Shown in pieces: positions 42,269 through 53,100 of a DNA stretch of 64,000 bases. The notes below the pieces were generated by a model. It ran no database searches and was not told the origin of the DNA. It saw nothing but the letters and a program-made list of their open reading frames with translations. Source of the stretch: Pavona decussata. Its lineage: Eukaryota. Position 1 is the first letter of the stretch. Each line of letters starts with the position of its first letter. Position numbers and translations under genes: made by a program. Location: NCBI GenBank assembly GCA_977016875.1, contig CDRNST010000191.1, positions 434,001-498,000 on the forward strand. Reading direction: 5' to 3'.

Positions 42269-45200
42269 ATGTTGAAATTCGTAGTGTTTGTCGTGTGCCT
42301 GTCGGTAATTGAGGGAAGAACTTTTCATATACTCATTCAAGGTAAGTTGTGATAATTGTTTTAGTTTACAATTTAGAAAGTCAAAATAATTAGGACAAGA
42401 AAGCAAAACATATATTTAACGGGCAGTATTGAAACTATAACCTTATTAAAACGATGATCGCTGTGAACTAAAATGTTAATTGGTTGTCAGTAGCTAGAGC
42501 GATTTTAACCTCTCGAGAAGGGAAGACAGAATCAGAAATAGGTTGGAATTTGAAACTTACGAGTTTCTTCTTTTATAAGAATGGGGGTAAAGGGACCATG
42601 TAAAACATGGATTCAAATCTAACTAAGATGGGAAGCAAAATATTTGAATAGCCTATAATTGAGTGAATAAAGACCTGTTTAAATAGAGTTCCTTGCTCAA
42701 CAAAAAGAAAACGGGCTTGCTTGCGGCCGCAATGAAATCACCTCTGTTTCTACCCAGTTTTGTTTTTAATTGTTCTTCAAGTGATAAGAGTGAAGATGAT
42801 TCTGAAAATTAACTCGATTTGTAGAAAAATAGGCGCTTTTTTGTTCGAGAATGAAAGACAATTTTTATAAAAGGATTTAAAATACGAAGGCCTGAAGTTG
42901 TTTCGAATTGGAAGCTAATGGTTCACACAAAGAACATTCCATGCATTGTTCTTTCACCGTTTTACTTAATAACTGGCCATGCGTGTCTGCCTTCATGTGA
43001 TCACCTGTTATGCAATTGTTTTCAACCTTTTAATCCACTTCAAGTCTACAATGAGAATTATAAATAAATACCATTTATACAAATTATGGTTAGACAGACA
43101 GCACAGTGCTACTCGTCACCTTCATTTGAATGCTGCGAATGTTTGGTTTTATCACCAAATTTCGCCATCGTAAAGAGATTCGAGTGATAACGTTTCGAGC
43201 GTTAGCCCTTCGTCAGAGCTTCGTCAGAATCCGAATTCGCTGTGACGAAGGGCTAACGCTCAAAAAGTCAGCACTCGAATCTCTTTATGGTGGCCAGATT
43301 ACCTTGACGCTATTGATAAAAACAAATATTCGGTTCCACTCCCCACAGACGCAGTCGTCCAATAGTACAGCTTTTATAATCAGGTCGGTTTTAATTAAAG
43401 GCTGGGGTGATGAGACTCAGGCCCAAACCCAGACCTGAAGGACCAGAGTTTTCCAATCGAGGTTTCCTTCCTCTTAGCCATGGGTATCACTGAGGTATTT
43501 TAAGGCGCCTCTAAGATCACGGGGCTGTTTACTCATGTTCATGTTCAGTGTTGATCACGTAGGAATTTAAAGTATTCGGCTCCCACTGTATTTTGGCAAA
43601 GGGTAGGGCACGGAGTTCCCGGATTTATGGTCTGACCTTATAAACATGTCATTGTTGGGTGGACGATAGGCGATTGGATAACTGCCTATACCCAGAAAAA
43701 CATGGTTAGAAAAACCAACATCTCAGCGGCACACTCTGCCAGGGATGGCAAACCTGACAGAAACGTCAGACGAAAAATTAATGTAAATTAAGACAAAAAG
43801 ACAAGGAAAACATTTGCGACACTTGTTAATCTCAGTGAGACCTATTAGCCGTGCTAGGCTCCAAGTAAATCAATTTTAAGACAGGCTAACTGCTTTTGAT
43901 TAAATTTCAATCTTACATTGAAGGTAAAAAAACATTTCAACTTGTCTATGAAATTCTTAATCCATCTGCCTGTTTTCTTTTCACAGATCCAGTCGCTAAC
44001 GTGACCGGTTCAAATGATCAAAATGCAACAGCGAGTAAGCTTAACGATGCTCCGGAGAAAGATGCTCCGGAGATTTCCGAGATGCAGTCGGACTTGGTCG
44101 CCCCTGCTTCGGGACCCCAACCGCTAGAAGCAAAGTATACCATCCGAGTCAAGCCGAAGTTGAAAGACGGTGTCCCACAGGTCCAGGAGATTCGCATCAT
44201 GCCACCAAAGAGTAACACCACCATCAAAGGTTTTGTCAAACCTCTGATGGTCCTTAAACAAAATGTCACGAGACCCTTGATTGAAAATATTGAGATTGAT
44301 GTGCCGGAGAAGGGACAGAAGTACGCCAGCACGCCGAGTGTAGAGGTAGTCGAGGGCGATCATAGAGAACTACTGCAGGTTACTAAAGGGCCTGAGGCAG
44401 TCATTGAAAATGCATCACAGAAGTCGGAAACCAAACCTGAAGGTATGATCTTGTGTTTTGACAGAAAGTTGTTGGGTACAATCCACTGTAACACAGCTCA
44501 AGTATCATGGGGATTTTGATTTTGGTGAGAATGGTGCTACAACATCTTCAATTAGTCACAAAATAATTCTAGAACACCAAGAAAAAAAAACAACTGAATT
44601 CTTGAAAAGAACAACTCATGACCTGCTCTAGTGCATTTTGGACGAAAACGCGAGAACTTGAAAACAGTTTTTCAAGATATAGTCCATTGTAACCCAGTCC
44701 TGATCTGTGGCAAGAGACACTCATCGGTAGTCTTGGTACACTGGTTCCCAGTGTTAACACTGTATACTTGGTTGAGTTTGTTGTTGGTTCTCGTCCTTGC
44801 TCTAAGGGTTTTTCTCCGGGTACTTCGGTTTTCCTCCCTGCACAAAAACCAACATTTCAAAATTCCAATTCGACCAGTAGACGAAAGAGCCACTTTTTTG
44901 AAGCCACTGAAATTCCCATTTTTTTTTTAATTTTTATTTTATTTAAAGCCAAAGAGGAAAGTTCCTCTCAGGATTCAACAGAACAATCGGCCTCTAAGAA
45001 TGCAACACAATCATCAACCTCCGAGAAAGCAGTAGAAACATCGACTTCCCCTAACGCAACGAAGCAAGCAACCTCTCAGGATGCAACCCAATCTTCCACT
45101 TCCCAGAGTTCAGTAGAATCATCGACCTCCCAGAATGCAACACAGCCATCGGCTTCTCAGGAAGCAACAAAGACATCAACGTCAAATGACGCAACAGCAA

Positions 45201-46341
45201 AGAAGCCCGCAACTTCATCACAAACTCCAGCGGCTTCTGAGAGTACAGCCAGTGCCCAGCCCCAGACCCCTGCTCAGGCTTCTCCGCCCGCTCAAGCTTA
45301 CGCGCAACCCACTGCGACAGCGGTAGCTTACAACAGTGGTGAGTAAAAAGTCCTAAGGGAAGAGGAGGCGAGGGGAGGGTTGGATGGTCCTTCTTGGAAT
45401 TTTTCGCAGCAGTTTGTTGATAAATTTTAAATGTCAATTTACTATTTCAAGCTTAAGTCCTGGCTAAAGGTATTTTATACCGGTTTTTTACACTTGACCT
45501 CACGGTTATTTCGGTTATTAAAAAATTTGTTTCTAGATTTTTCGTCTTTCATAAAATCTTACCTGCTCTTCCCTCTTCTTTTCTCCGCATAGACTGCACA
45601 CACTGAAGATGGGTTATATACCCGAAACGTCTGTGTTTCTTTGGAAACCATTTTTGACACTTTTTGATAATTATTTTTATATCAATCCTATCCGTAGACT
45701 GCATAATGTCTGATATGAAAGGGAATATATTTGGACTGCGGAGAAAAGATTTAATTACACTACAGTTATGTATGCAACTTGAGCAATTGCGAAATGAAAA
45801 CCTGAAAAAAACTTCCCTCTGCAGTTTAAGTTTACGATTTTTCAGATATTCACTTTCTATTCATCTTCCGCAGGTTCATTACGACCTCACAAATGACCCG
45901 CTCCCAGTTGGTTTGATAGCTCGGTTGGTAGAGCACTGCACCAGTATCGCAAATCCCGTTGAAGCTTAATTTTTACAGGCTTTCTTTTCCCAAATGTTTT
46001 CGCTCTCTCGGAGAGAAACTAGTGTCCCTTACTCACTGTTTTACCATCTCCCAACTCCTGTTGTTTAAACAATTTTTTTTCTTGCCACGGAGTTCACGAC
46101 AGGAGTCTACTTGGTAGTTAATACAATTATCTGTTCGGCAATTCGCCTCTCACATTACCAGAGTACCAGAGGCGGTAATTTTTCACATATTTTAGTCTTA
46201 AAAATGTCTAACTTTTTTTCACCCACAGTTCCTGAAACTTGTACCGATGACGGCAGATGCCAAATTTACCCTGCCGACCGCTGCAGAGAACAATGGCTTA
46301 TGTCCAACTGCAGGCTCAAGTGCGGACTTTGTTCAAACTAA
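42269..46341 (+). CDS. Gene D: secreted protein with unassigned ~100-aa domain, Ser/Thr repeat linker and C-terminal ShKT (~343 aa); paralogue of the 3' part of gene C
   Basis: Exons 42269-42341 (MLKFVVFVVCLSVIEGRTFHILIQ, signal peptide), 43987-44442, 44949-45338 and 46229-46341 (ShKT CTDDGRCQIYPADRCREQWLMSNCRLKCGLC). Phase-1 GT-AG introns. The exons correspond one-to-one to 38168-38599, 39277-39711 and 40083-40186. Confidence 0.85.
43172..43286. repeat. Inverted pair of degenerate hammerhead-like motifs (Penelope-type repeat)
   Basis: Minus strand CTGACGA-A-GGGC-TAAC-GCTC-GAAACGTT; plus strand GTGACGAAGGGCTAACGCTCAAAAAGTC. The arms are reverse-complementary (aaagagattcgagtg / cactcgaatctcttt). 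Confidence 0.6.
44769..44930 (+). mobile_element. SINE body with V-domain-like core
   Basis: gggtttttctccgggtacttcggttttcctccc resembles the conserved V-SINE core; T-rich tail. Confidence 0.55.
45598..45636 (+). ncRNA. Minimal type I hammerhead ribozyme motif (Penelope-like element type)
   Basis: ACACA-CTGAAGA-T-GGGT-TATAT-ACCC-GAAA-CGTC-TGTGT. Conserved CUGANGA/GAAA core, stem I ACACA/TGTGT, stem II GGGT/ACCC, palindromic ACGT stem III and GUC cleavage triplet. Confidence 0.7.
45888..45982 (+). mobile_element. tRNA-derived repeat, B box deleted
   Basis: tagctcggttggtagagcactgcacc (A box/D-arm) is followed directly by aatcccgtt. Confidence 0.55.
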
Positions 46342-49300
46342 AAACAAATTTTCCCCAGCTTAAACAATATCACGTTATAATTCAGAACATTTGTCCCTCT
46401 CTACAACTTGTGATCTTAGACGACGTGTTAAAGAATCTATACTAGCAAAATTATGCCCCCCAACAACACAAACCCTAGCTAAGTTTGTAACTTGTTTTGG
46501 GGATAACGTGTGCGGGTTGCAACAACATTTGACCAACATGGTTCCAATCTGTTGGCTAAAGGAAAACAGTTCACTTATTAACCTATATGCTTTTGAACGT
46601 TTCAACAACTTTAATTTGTGTTTGCGAACTCGCATTTTACTCTTGTAATCTTCACGTCAGTTTTACCTCCGCTGAAGCCTTTAGGGAACTTATTCGTCGG
46701 ACAATTAAGATTTAATTGAGTGGTTAAGGAATACACTTTTGGTGTTTCTTGAAACAATTTCGAGTAGTTAACTTCCAAAATCTCCCGAGTGGTTAGAGAA
46801 AATAGTTTAGGTGTTAACAGAAACCTTGAAGTTGGGAAACCTTGTTTGGAAACCTTTAACAGGAGAAGATTTTCTTTTAAAACTGTCGCATAAGGATCTT
46901 GATCCCCTAAATGCAGTTGTTCTTTAGGATTTAAATTCCCTGGGCAGAGAGGTTCAATTAATAGACTGCATATCTGTCCATATACTCTCCGAAATGCTAT
47001 TACAAAATATTTTTACGTTCACGTTGCAATTTTACCTGCAAATCTTAGCTAGTATTATTCTTATTGTCTTATTGAGAGGGGGAACAAATCCACTTTTTTT
47101 TCCGGTTAGAATGTTGTTTTCTGTCAAATTTGTTGCATTGTCTCGCTTATCGTTGCATTCCCAAGTCGCTTCTAATTATTTATTTATTTATTTATTTATT
47201 TACTTATTTATTTGTTTATTTATCTATTCTTTCTGTATTACCGGCAACTCGTAAAGAGGTAATTGTCCTTGGCAGTACACAAAACTATGTTAAAATTGCT
47301 TACATTAGCCAGACACAGAACTTTGACAAGTGTACGACATTCGTGCATGACAGCGCATGATCAATGAGCATAACATTGACTGATTTAGGTGGAACGATAG
47401 CGAGAACTTGAACTCCGATCAATTCTTGATGATTGTTACTATAATCACCTGACTCATTCTTAGAATCACAATAAACTTGTGAAATCAGTCTTGTTCCCAA
47501 CTGTTATGCATCTCGTCAGCCTTCTCCTGTCAAATAAAATGTACACTTGCCAATTTATCGGCGGACCAATTACGTAGTGCGTCCAATGGCATGGGCCAGT
47601 TTACACGTTACAATTTGTCGACCAATTTCATTTACTGTTATTGAGCATGGGGTGAAAATCGACTACAGATTTGTATAAATCGGGCCGATTTTTAATCCCA
47701 ACGGTAATTGTCTTTGTCAAAGTTGGCCAAATGGGCCCGATTAATTGGTGCTTCAATTTAACTTAGTCTTTAAGCTGTGTCATCAGTTAAACGGCATGGA
47801 CTTTTAAATAAGACGATATGGTTTCATCACGTTGCCTAGTTAGTATGACGTGTTTTCGTTCTTTTATTGCGTGAAATCTCCCTTCACCTCTCCCTACAGA
47901 AAGAACGCGCTCGGGTAGGGTGAGATAGGAAAAGCTTACAAATATTTATCTAATTCTGAATAGCACATTGAATTAGATTTCTCTGTGAAAACCATAAAAG
48001 AACTTAACAATCAAATGTTAGCTAGAGACGATTTTAAGTGAAATTCAATGTTGCTCAAAACCATATGTAAAACTATTTAAAAAATGAATAAAATAATTAT
48101 TATCCCATAGAACTTCATGAGGGTTTGTTTATTTCTTGGCCTTCTTTACTCTTTTAATTTCAATTCATTTAATTTATACCCATTTTAAAAATCTGTTGGT
48201 CCATCTAACAATAGGGAAAAACAACAACAACAACTTCAACAGTAGCTGCTTGGGTTCTCTCGTGTTTGTGATTGCTTTTCTCTCAGTGTGATAGTGCTAC
48301 AGAAATGAGAAATCAGACAACTAAATGAGCAGTCTGTAAAACAAGTACGCTTGGACATGATCTACTGCTCATTAGGTGGTTTGCCTCATGATTGTGTAGA
48401 GTTGTGAATCACAATGTTTCGAGTCACTGCTACTGCCCATGCGATGGTGCCGACCGGCTGTGCATCAACATATTGTAGCACCATGGTTGATGGTGATTGG
48501 TGCATTTCTATCCTCGCTTTGGTTGTTAGTAATTGGAGGATTTCGATTCCCGTTCTTCAGACTATACTCTGTTCCCTCACGGGTCCATGTGGTAACGATG
48601 TTGTTTGATGGTGGGTTTATTCTTTCGGGATGTCAATTCCGTTATCCCTATTGATGTTGTTAGTCTGATAAGTCTTATAATTTTTCATTACAACCAGGAG
48701 ACCATTAATGGGCTCCTGTTACAACCTATTTTACAACAAAAAGGTGAAACTCCTAGGCCAGTACACAACACACTATTTCAGACCAAAAATGACAAAACCA
48801 GCTCCATTTCTATACTAGTACGTGTACCAGCGAAACAGCTGTCCATGATTGCCCAAGGGTATGCACGGTAATAGGCTGTGCGCGTGCGTGAAGGACGCCA
48901 GTGCACGTACGGTAGTGTTTTGCATATCACCCCTAAGGGGGCCGGTTTACCACGCTTATATCATAAATAATAACGCCGTAAGAAAATATTCTTGAACACT
49001 TAGCTATAAAAATATAAAAGAATTCGTCAAAGCTTTCTATACTCACCTGATAATGTAGTTACTGATGTGCAACCTCGTTTTAATGACGAGGCTGCAAGAT
49101 GCACCGTAGATAGAGGAAGGGGAGGGGAGAGGTGGAAGCCCTGCTAGTTAAGAACTTTATTTTCCATTCGGATCATAGAGTGGCAAGACTATACGAGCTT
49201 GTCCGAGTACAAAGTGTGTAACGGTAAAATAAAAACATTAAGATCATGGCCATGGTCCATGGAAGGCTTGGTGCTGGTTACCTCAAGGTTATGATTTTGA

Positions 49301-49420
49301 GCAATTATGATAAAATGGTCTCCCGCAGGTGCCCTAGAAAATAAGAACTTGTCTTAATTTTAGCTCTGCCATCCCAACTCTTAAGTCTTCTACCATATTT
49401 CTTATTTATTATTGTCAGCC

Positions 49421-49530
49421 GAGGTGGCCTCCCTTATAAGCCTGATGGTTTCTTGAGGTCTCCTCACCGTTACCTTGACTTGCACTTTGAATGTTTTGCA
49501 GGTTTAGTTCTTTTTACTAAGACAAATAAC

Positions 49531-49585
<55 letters not shown>

Positions 49586-49586
49586 A
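49421..49586 (+). mobile_element. Retroelement 3' tail ending in (GAT)n
   Basis: The stem gaggtggcct...ataagc...gaggtctcctc resembles the 59850-59999 element and ends in a (GAT)n microsatellite. Confidence 0.5.
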
Positions 49587-50074
49587 GGTTACTATAGTCT
49601 AGCTGATTGAGTAAAATAAAAATGAGAAAATTATTTGCGCTCAGCCCCGTCTTCAAAACGAAGCGGCACATCAGTCTGTCCAAAACTGGCAAAGAAAATC
49701 GTACGAGTACAGGAAGCTTTGATGAACTTTCAATATATTTATTGTTGTTGCTAAAGGATAATTTCTTCTTCATGAATTCCAAACTGAAAGAATCTCTACT
49801 CGTACTATTAGGATTCAAAATGCTTTAACCTGCTTACCATAACCGTCATCTGCTTACAAACGATTTATTTAATGCCATGATTTCACACTAGACCAATTAC
49901 CAATTAAGGTTTGGTGGCATGGTTCTGGTGGTGTTTTGCCCCTAACACCTTTTAAAGAAATTCTAGATTTGGATTCAAGCACTTCAACAGTGAAATAATC
50001 AAATGAGGTCAAGCATAACCATAAGAGAGTCATTTGACCGAGAAGACAAGAATTGTTTCACTTACAAACATCGA

Positions 50075-50082
50075 TATATAGA
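50075..50082 (+). promoter_or_regulatory. Putative TATA box of gene E
   Basis: TATATAGA 66 bp upstream of the ATG at 50141; same word as upstream of gene D. Confidence 0.5.
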
Positions 50083-50140
50083 GAGTGCACTAACTGAAAC
50101 TCAGCCAGACTTAACGACATAAACTCCAATTTAAGCTAAA

Positions 50141-53100
50141 ATGCGTCGACTTTTTAGTTTGCTAATCTGTGTGGCAATTGTGGTACAGGGAAGGCCGCGG
50201 CACCATAAACACAAGAAGGGTACGTAGATTATAGAGTACAACAACATTTAGATAGAACACTGTGGTTTTAATTTTATTTTGAGACTCCTAAACGCATAGT
50301 GATGATTTCGCGTGGATTGTTCAACCTGTGTAAAACCCACAAGTGCCTTGTGCTTGCCTATTCTCTTTCGTTGAAGGGTTCCGTTATTAAAAATGACAAG
50401 AATACAAACAGAGTAACAATGGGTCTTATCGTACCAATAGGTCATTGTTTTAACGGTGTCTGACTTCACTCAAGAGTGGTTTTTTACTGAAACCTTCTCC
50501 TTGCCAACTGACCGACCAATTGTCACGAGATTGAAACGTAAATATCACCAAATTTTCGTTTTCAGTTGCTCAATATCAACAAACACAAAGTACCACAGGA
50601 AGGCAGTGATGATAACATTTATGTCTTCAGGGTTTCATGAACAGGCTCAAAAGTTAGAATCACCTTGCACAAGTATAATAAACAGCACAACAGCAAAATG
50701 CCGCTCAGTAGCTTTCACTTCAATGGTCTTGATCCACGAACTCTCAAAAATGAAAACCTCCTCGTACAACATAATTAACAATAGCTCAGTGCTTTTATTC
50801 AATGACCAAGCTTTTTGTGTCACTCTCAGCCTCATGCATGGCACTTATAGTGTCCTTCTGGTAAGATAAGTTTGGCTCGGTACTCCATTTCATTTCCAGT
50901 GGAGATATTTGTGATATTTCCAGTGATGATCAGTCTAGTTCTACGTGATGTCAGTTGTACTGAATGAGTCACATATAGTCAAATAGTTGATTCGTGTAAT
51001 GCAAGTTTCTATTTAAACTTGAGCTTGTTGATTATCTCCTATAAATGTGACCTTGCTTTCGAAATTAAGAGCTGTTCAACCGGATTGCTAGCGCTTTTGT
51101 TTTTCAGTGTTTTGGGAAATAAATTTTACGACTAAGTAGAATTGACTAAACGGATTATACGCGGGGGTTCATTCTTCTGGTAGCATCTTAAAATTTGTCT
51201 TCAATCTCTCGACCTTCAATTTTAAAGACACAGATGATCTAGAAGGCTCGAACACGTTATTTTAGAGAAAAACTTTCAAAAGTGGATTAAGACCTTCCGT
51301 GTATATCGAAAGAGTATCAGCGAAATAAAGAAATACCTAGTTTATAACAAATCTTACTCTTCAAACTTGGACAATAAAATGCGATGTTTTAAAACTGAGA
51401 CATTTTTTAAACAAAGATTTTCCAATACTTTTTTATTTAGGCAATAATCTAGTTAAAGGAATAATTTGTGAAAATTGTTGTTAATGGGCTTTTTGAAGGA
51501 GATGTCAAGATCAATCATTGTCTATTGATTCGTGTCGTTACTCACAAGCCACCAGTTGTACTGTTGACTTAATTAAATTTTCTGCCTTTCGTGTAGCTGC
51601 AAGTGGCAAACTCAATCTAAAAGAGTTTAAGCATTTAATATAATAAAATGGTCTCTAATTGGGTTGTCCTTCGAGTCCTGTTCTGAAAAAAAAATCCAAA
51701 GTTTTTAGTCGTGATGGAATTTATCAGCCTGAATCGCATCCCAACTTTTACTTTACATTCTTGTATAATTCAGTGGAAAACTCGAATGGAACAAAAGTTG
51801 AATCTCGCCGTTTAACTACAGTTAGTCAAATCCAGAACCTCGCATTTTTTTTAAAACAATGAACATGTCGTCAGGTAAAATCCAGCTATTGAAATAGTCC
51901 AAATTTCCATCAAACCTCAATAAATTATTAAGAGTTCTCAAAAGTCGGAAGACTTTAACAAAATGGACCTTACGAGAAGACTCGCTGCTTCAAATTTTAC
52001 AAGAGTCAGAATCCCATTTGGGGAACTCACTCAGTGCTCCGATCTTCATGATACTGCAAATCAGGCCACCCAACGAGAACTATTAAAGTAAGATTCTTTA
52101 GCTGAAAATTTAAGTTGCTGAACGTGTTAGGGAATGGAATTTTATTCTCCGAATTAACGAGCAGTTCTTGGTCTTACGAATATACTAGCAGTCTTTTTTT
52201 TGCATTTTAACCGCATATTTGACTCTGGTTACAACTGGTAATTTTTATTTCGACTTATCATGTGGATCTTCCTTCATACGACAAACAAAACGTTTACAAA
52301 CTCGATATCGAATGCGCAAATAAAGGCTCATATGTGAACGCCACAATAACACTTTGCTGAAGTGTCGTCACACCGTTTTGTATGATAAGCATACGCTATT
52401 TGATTTTTTTTAAACGAGCTTAGTACGTTAGGGTTTAGCGTGAGGCGCCCTTAATTTACTGAAACTTATTATCCAATGATTCTCTGTAGCTCATGTAACC
52501 AGGCAGGAACAACCTGTACCACAGGCATCCCAACAACCCACAAATGACCAAGCTTGCGACTGCCCTTCACCGAACGTCAATGTGTACAACTTGTGCGTGC
52601 ACAAGATGGACAAGGACAACGAAGCGACGGGACAGTTGGATGCACATAACGTGGCTGTTTCAATGCAAGGACCTGGGACGATTGAGTTGAACACCAATCA
52701 AGTGCAGGTAGCTCCGGGGGAGCCCAAACCTGATCACACCATCAGTGTCATAAAAGATACTCAGGAATCCCAGGCTGTCCATGTGATGCAGGTGCACTCA
52801 GGTAAGATGATAAGAGGAACTGAGGGATGAGCAAGGACGCCTATCAGAAGCCATAAATGGATAAACAAGCCAAACTGATTACAGGGCTGATTCCAAGGAA
52901 AAGACAATGTTATTTGGGCCAATATTTCAACTAGTATCACAAGTCTTCTTCAGAGTTTCAAATCTGGCCCCTCAGATGAGATCCTCGAACACCCGTGTAT
53001 GGGGTCTATCGGACAAAAGTAAACAAAATCCCCTCCCCCTCCCTCCCCCCTAAAAAAAAAGGAAAACGAAAAAAATGGCGCGGCCTGGTACGGCCTTGCC

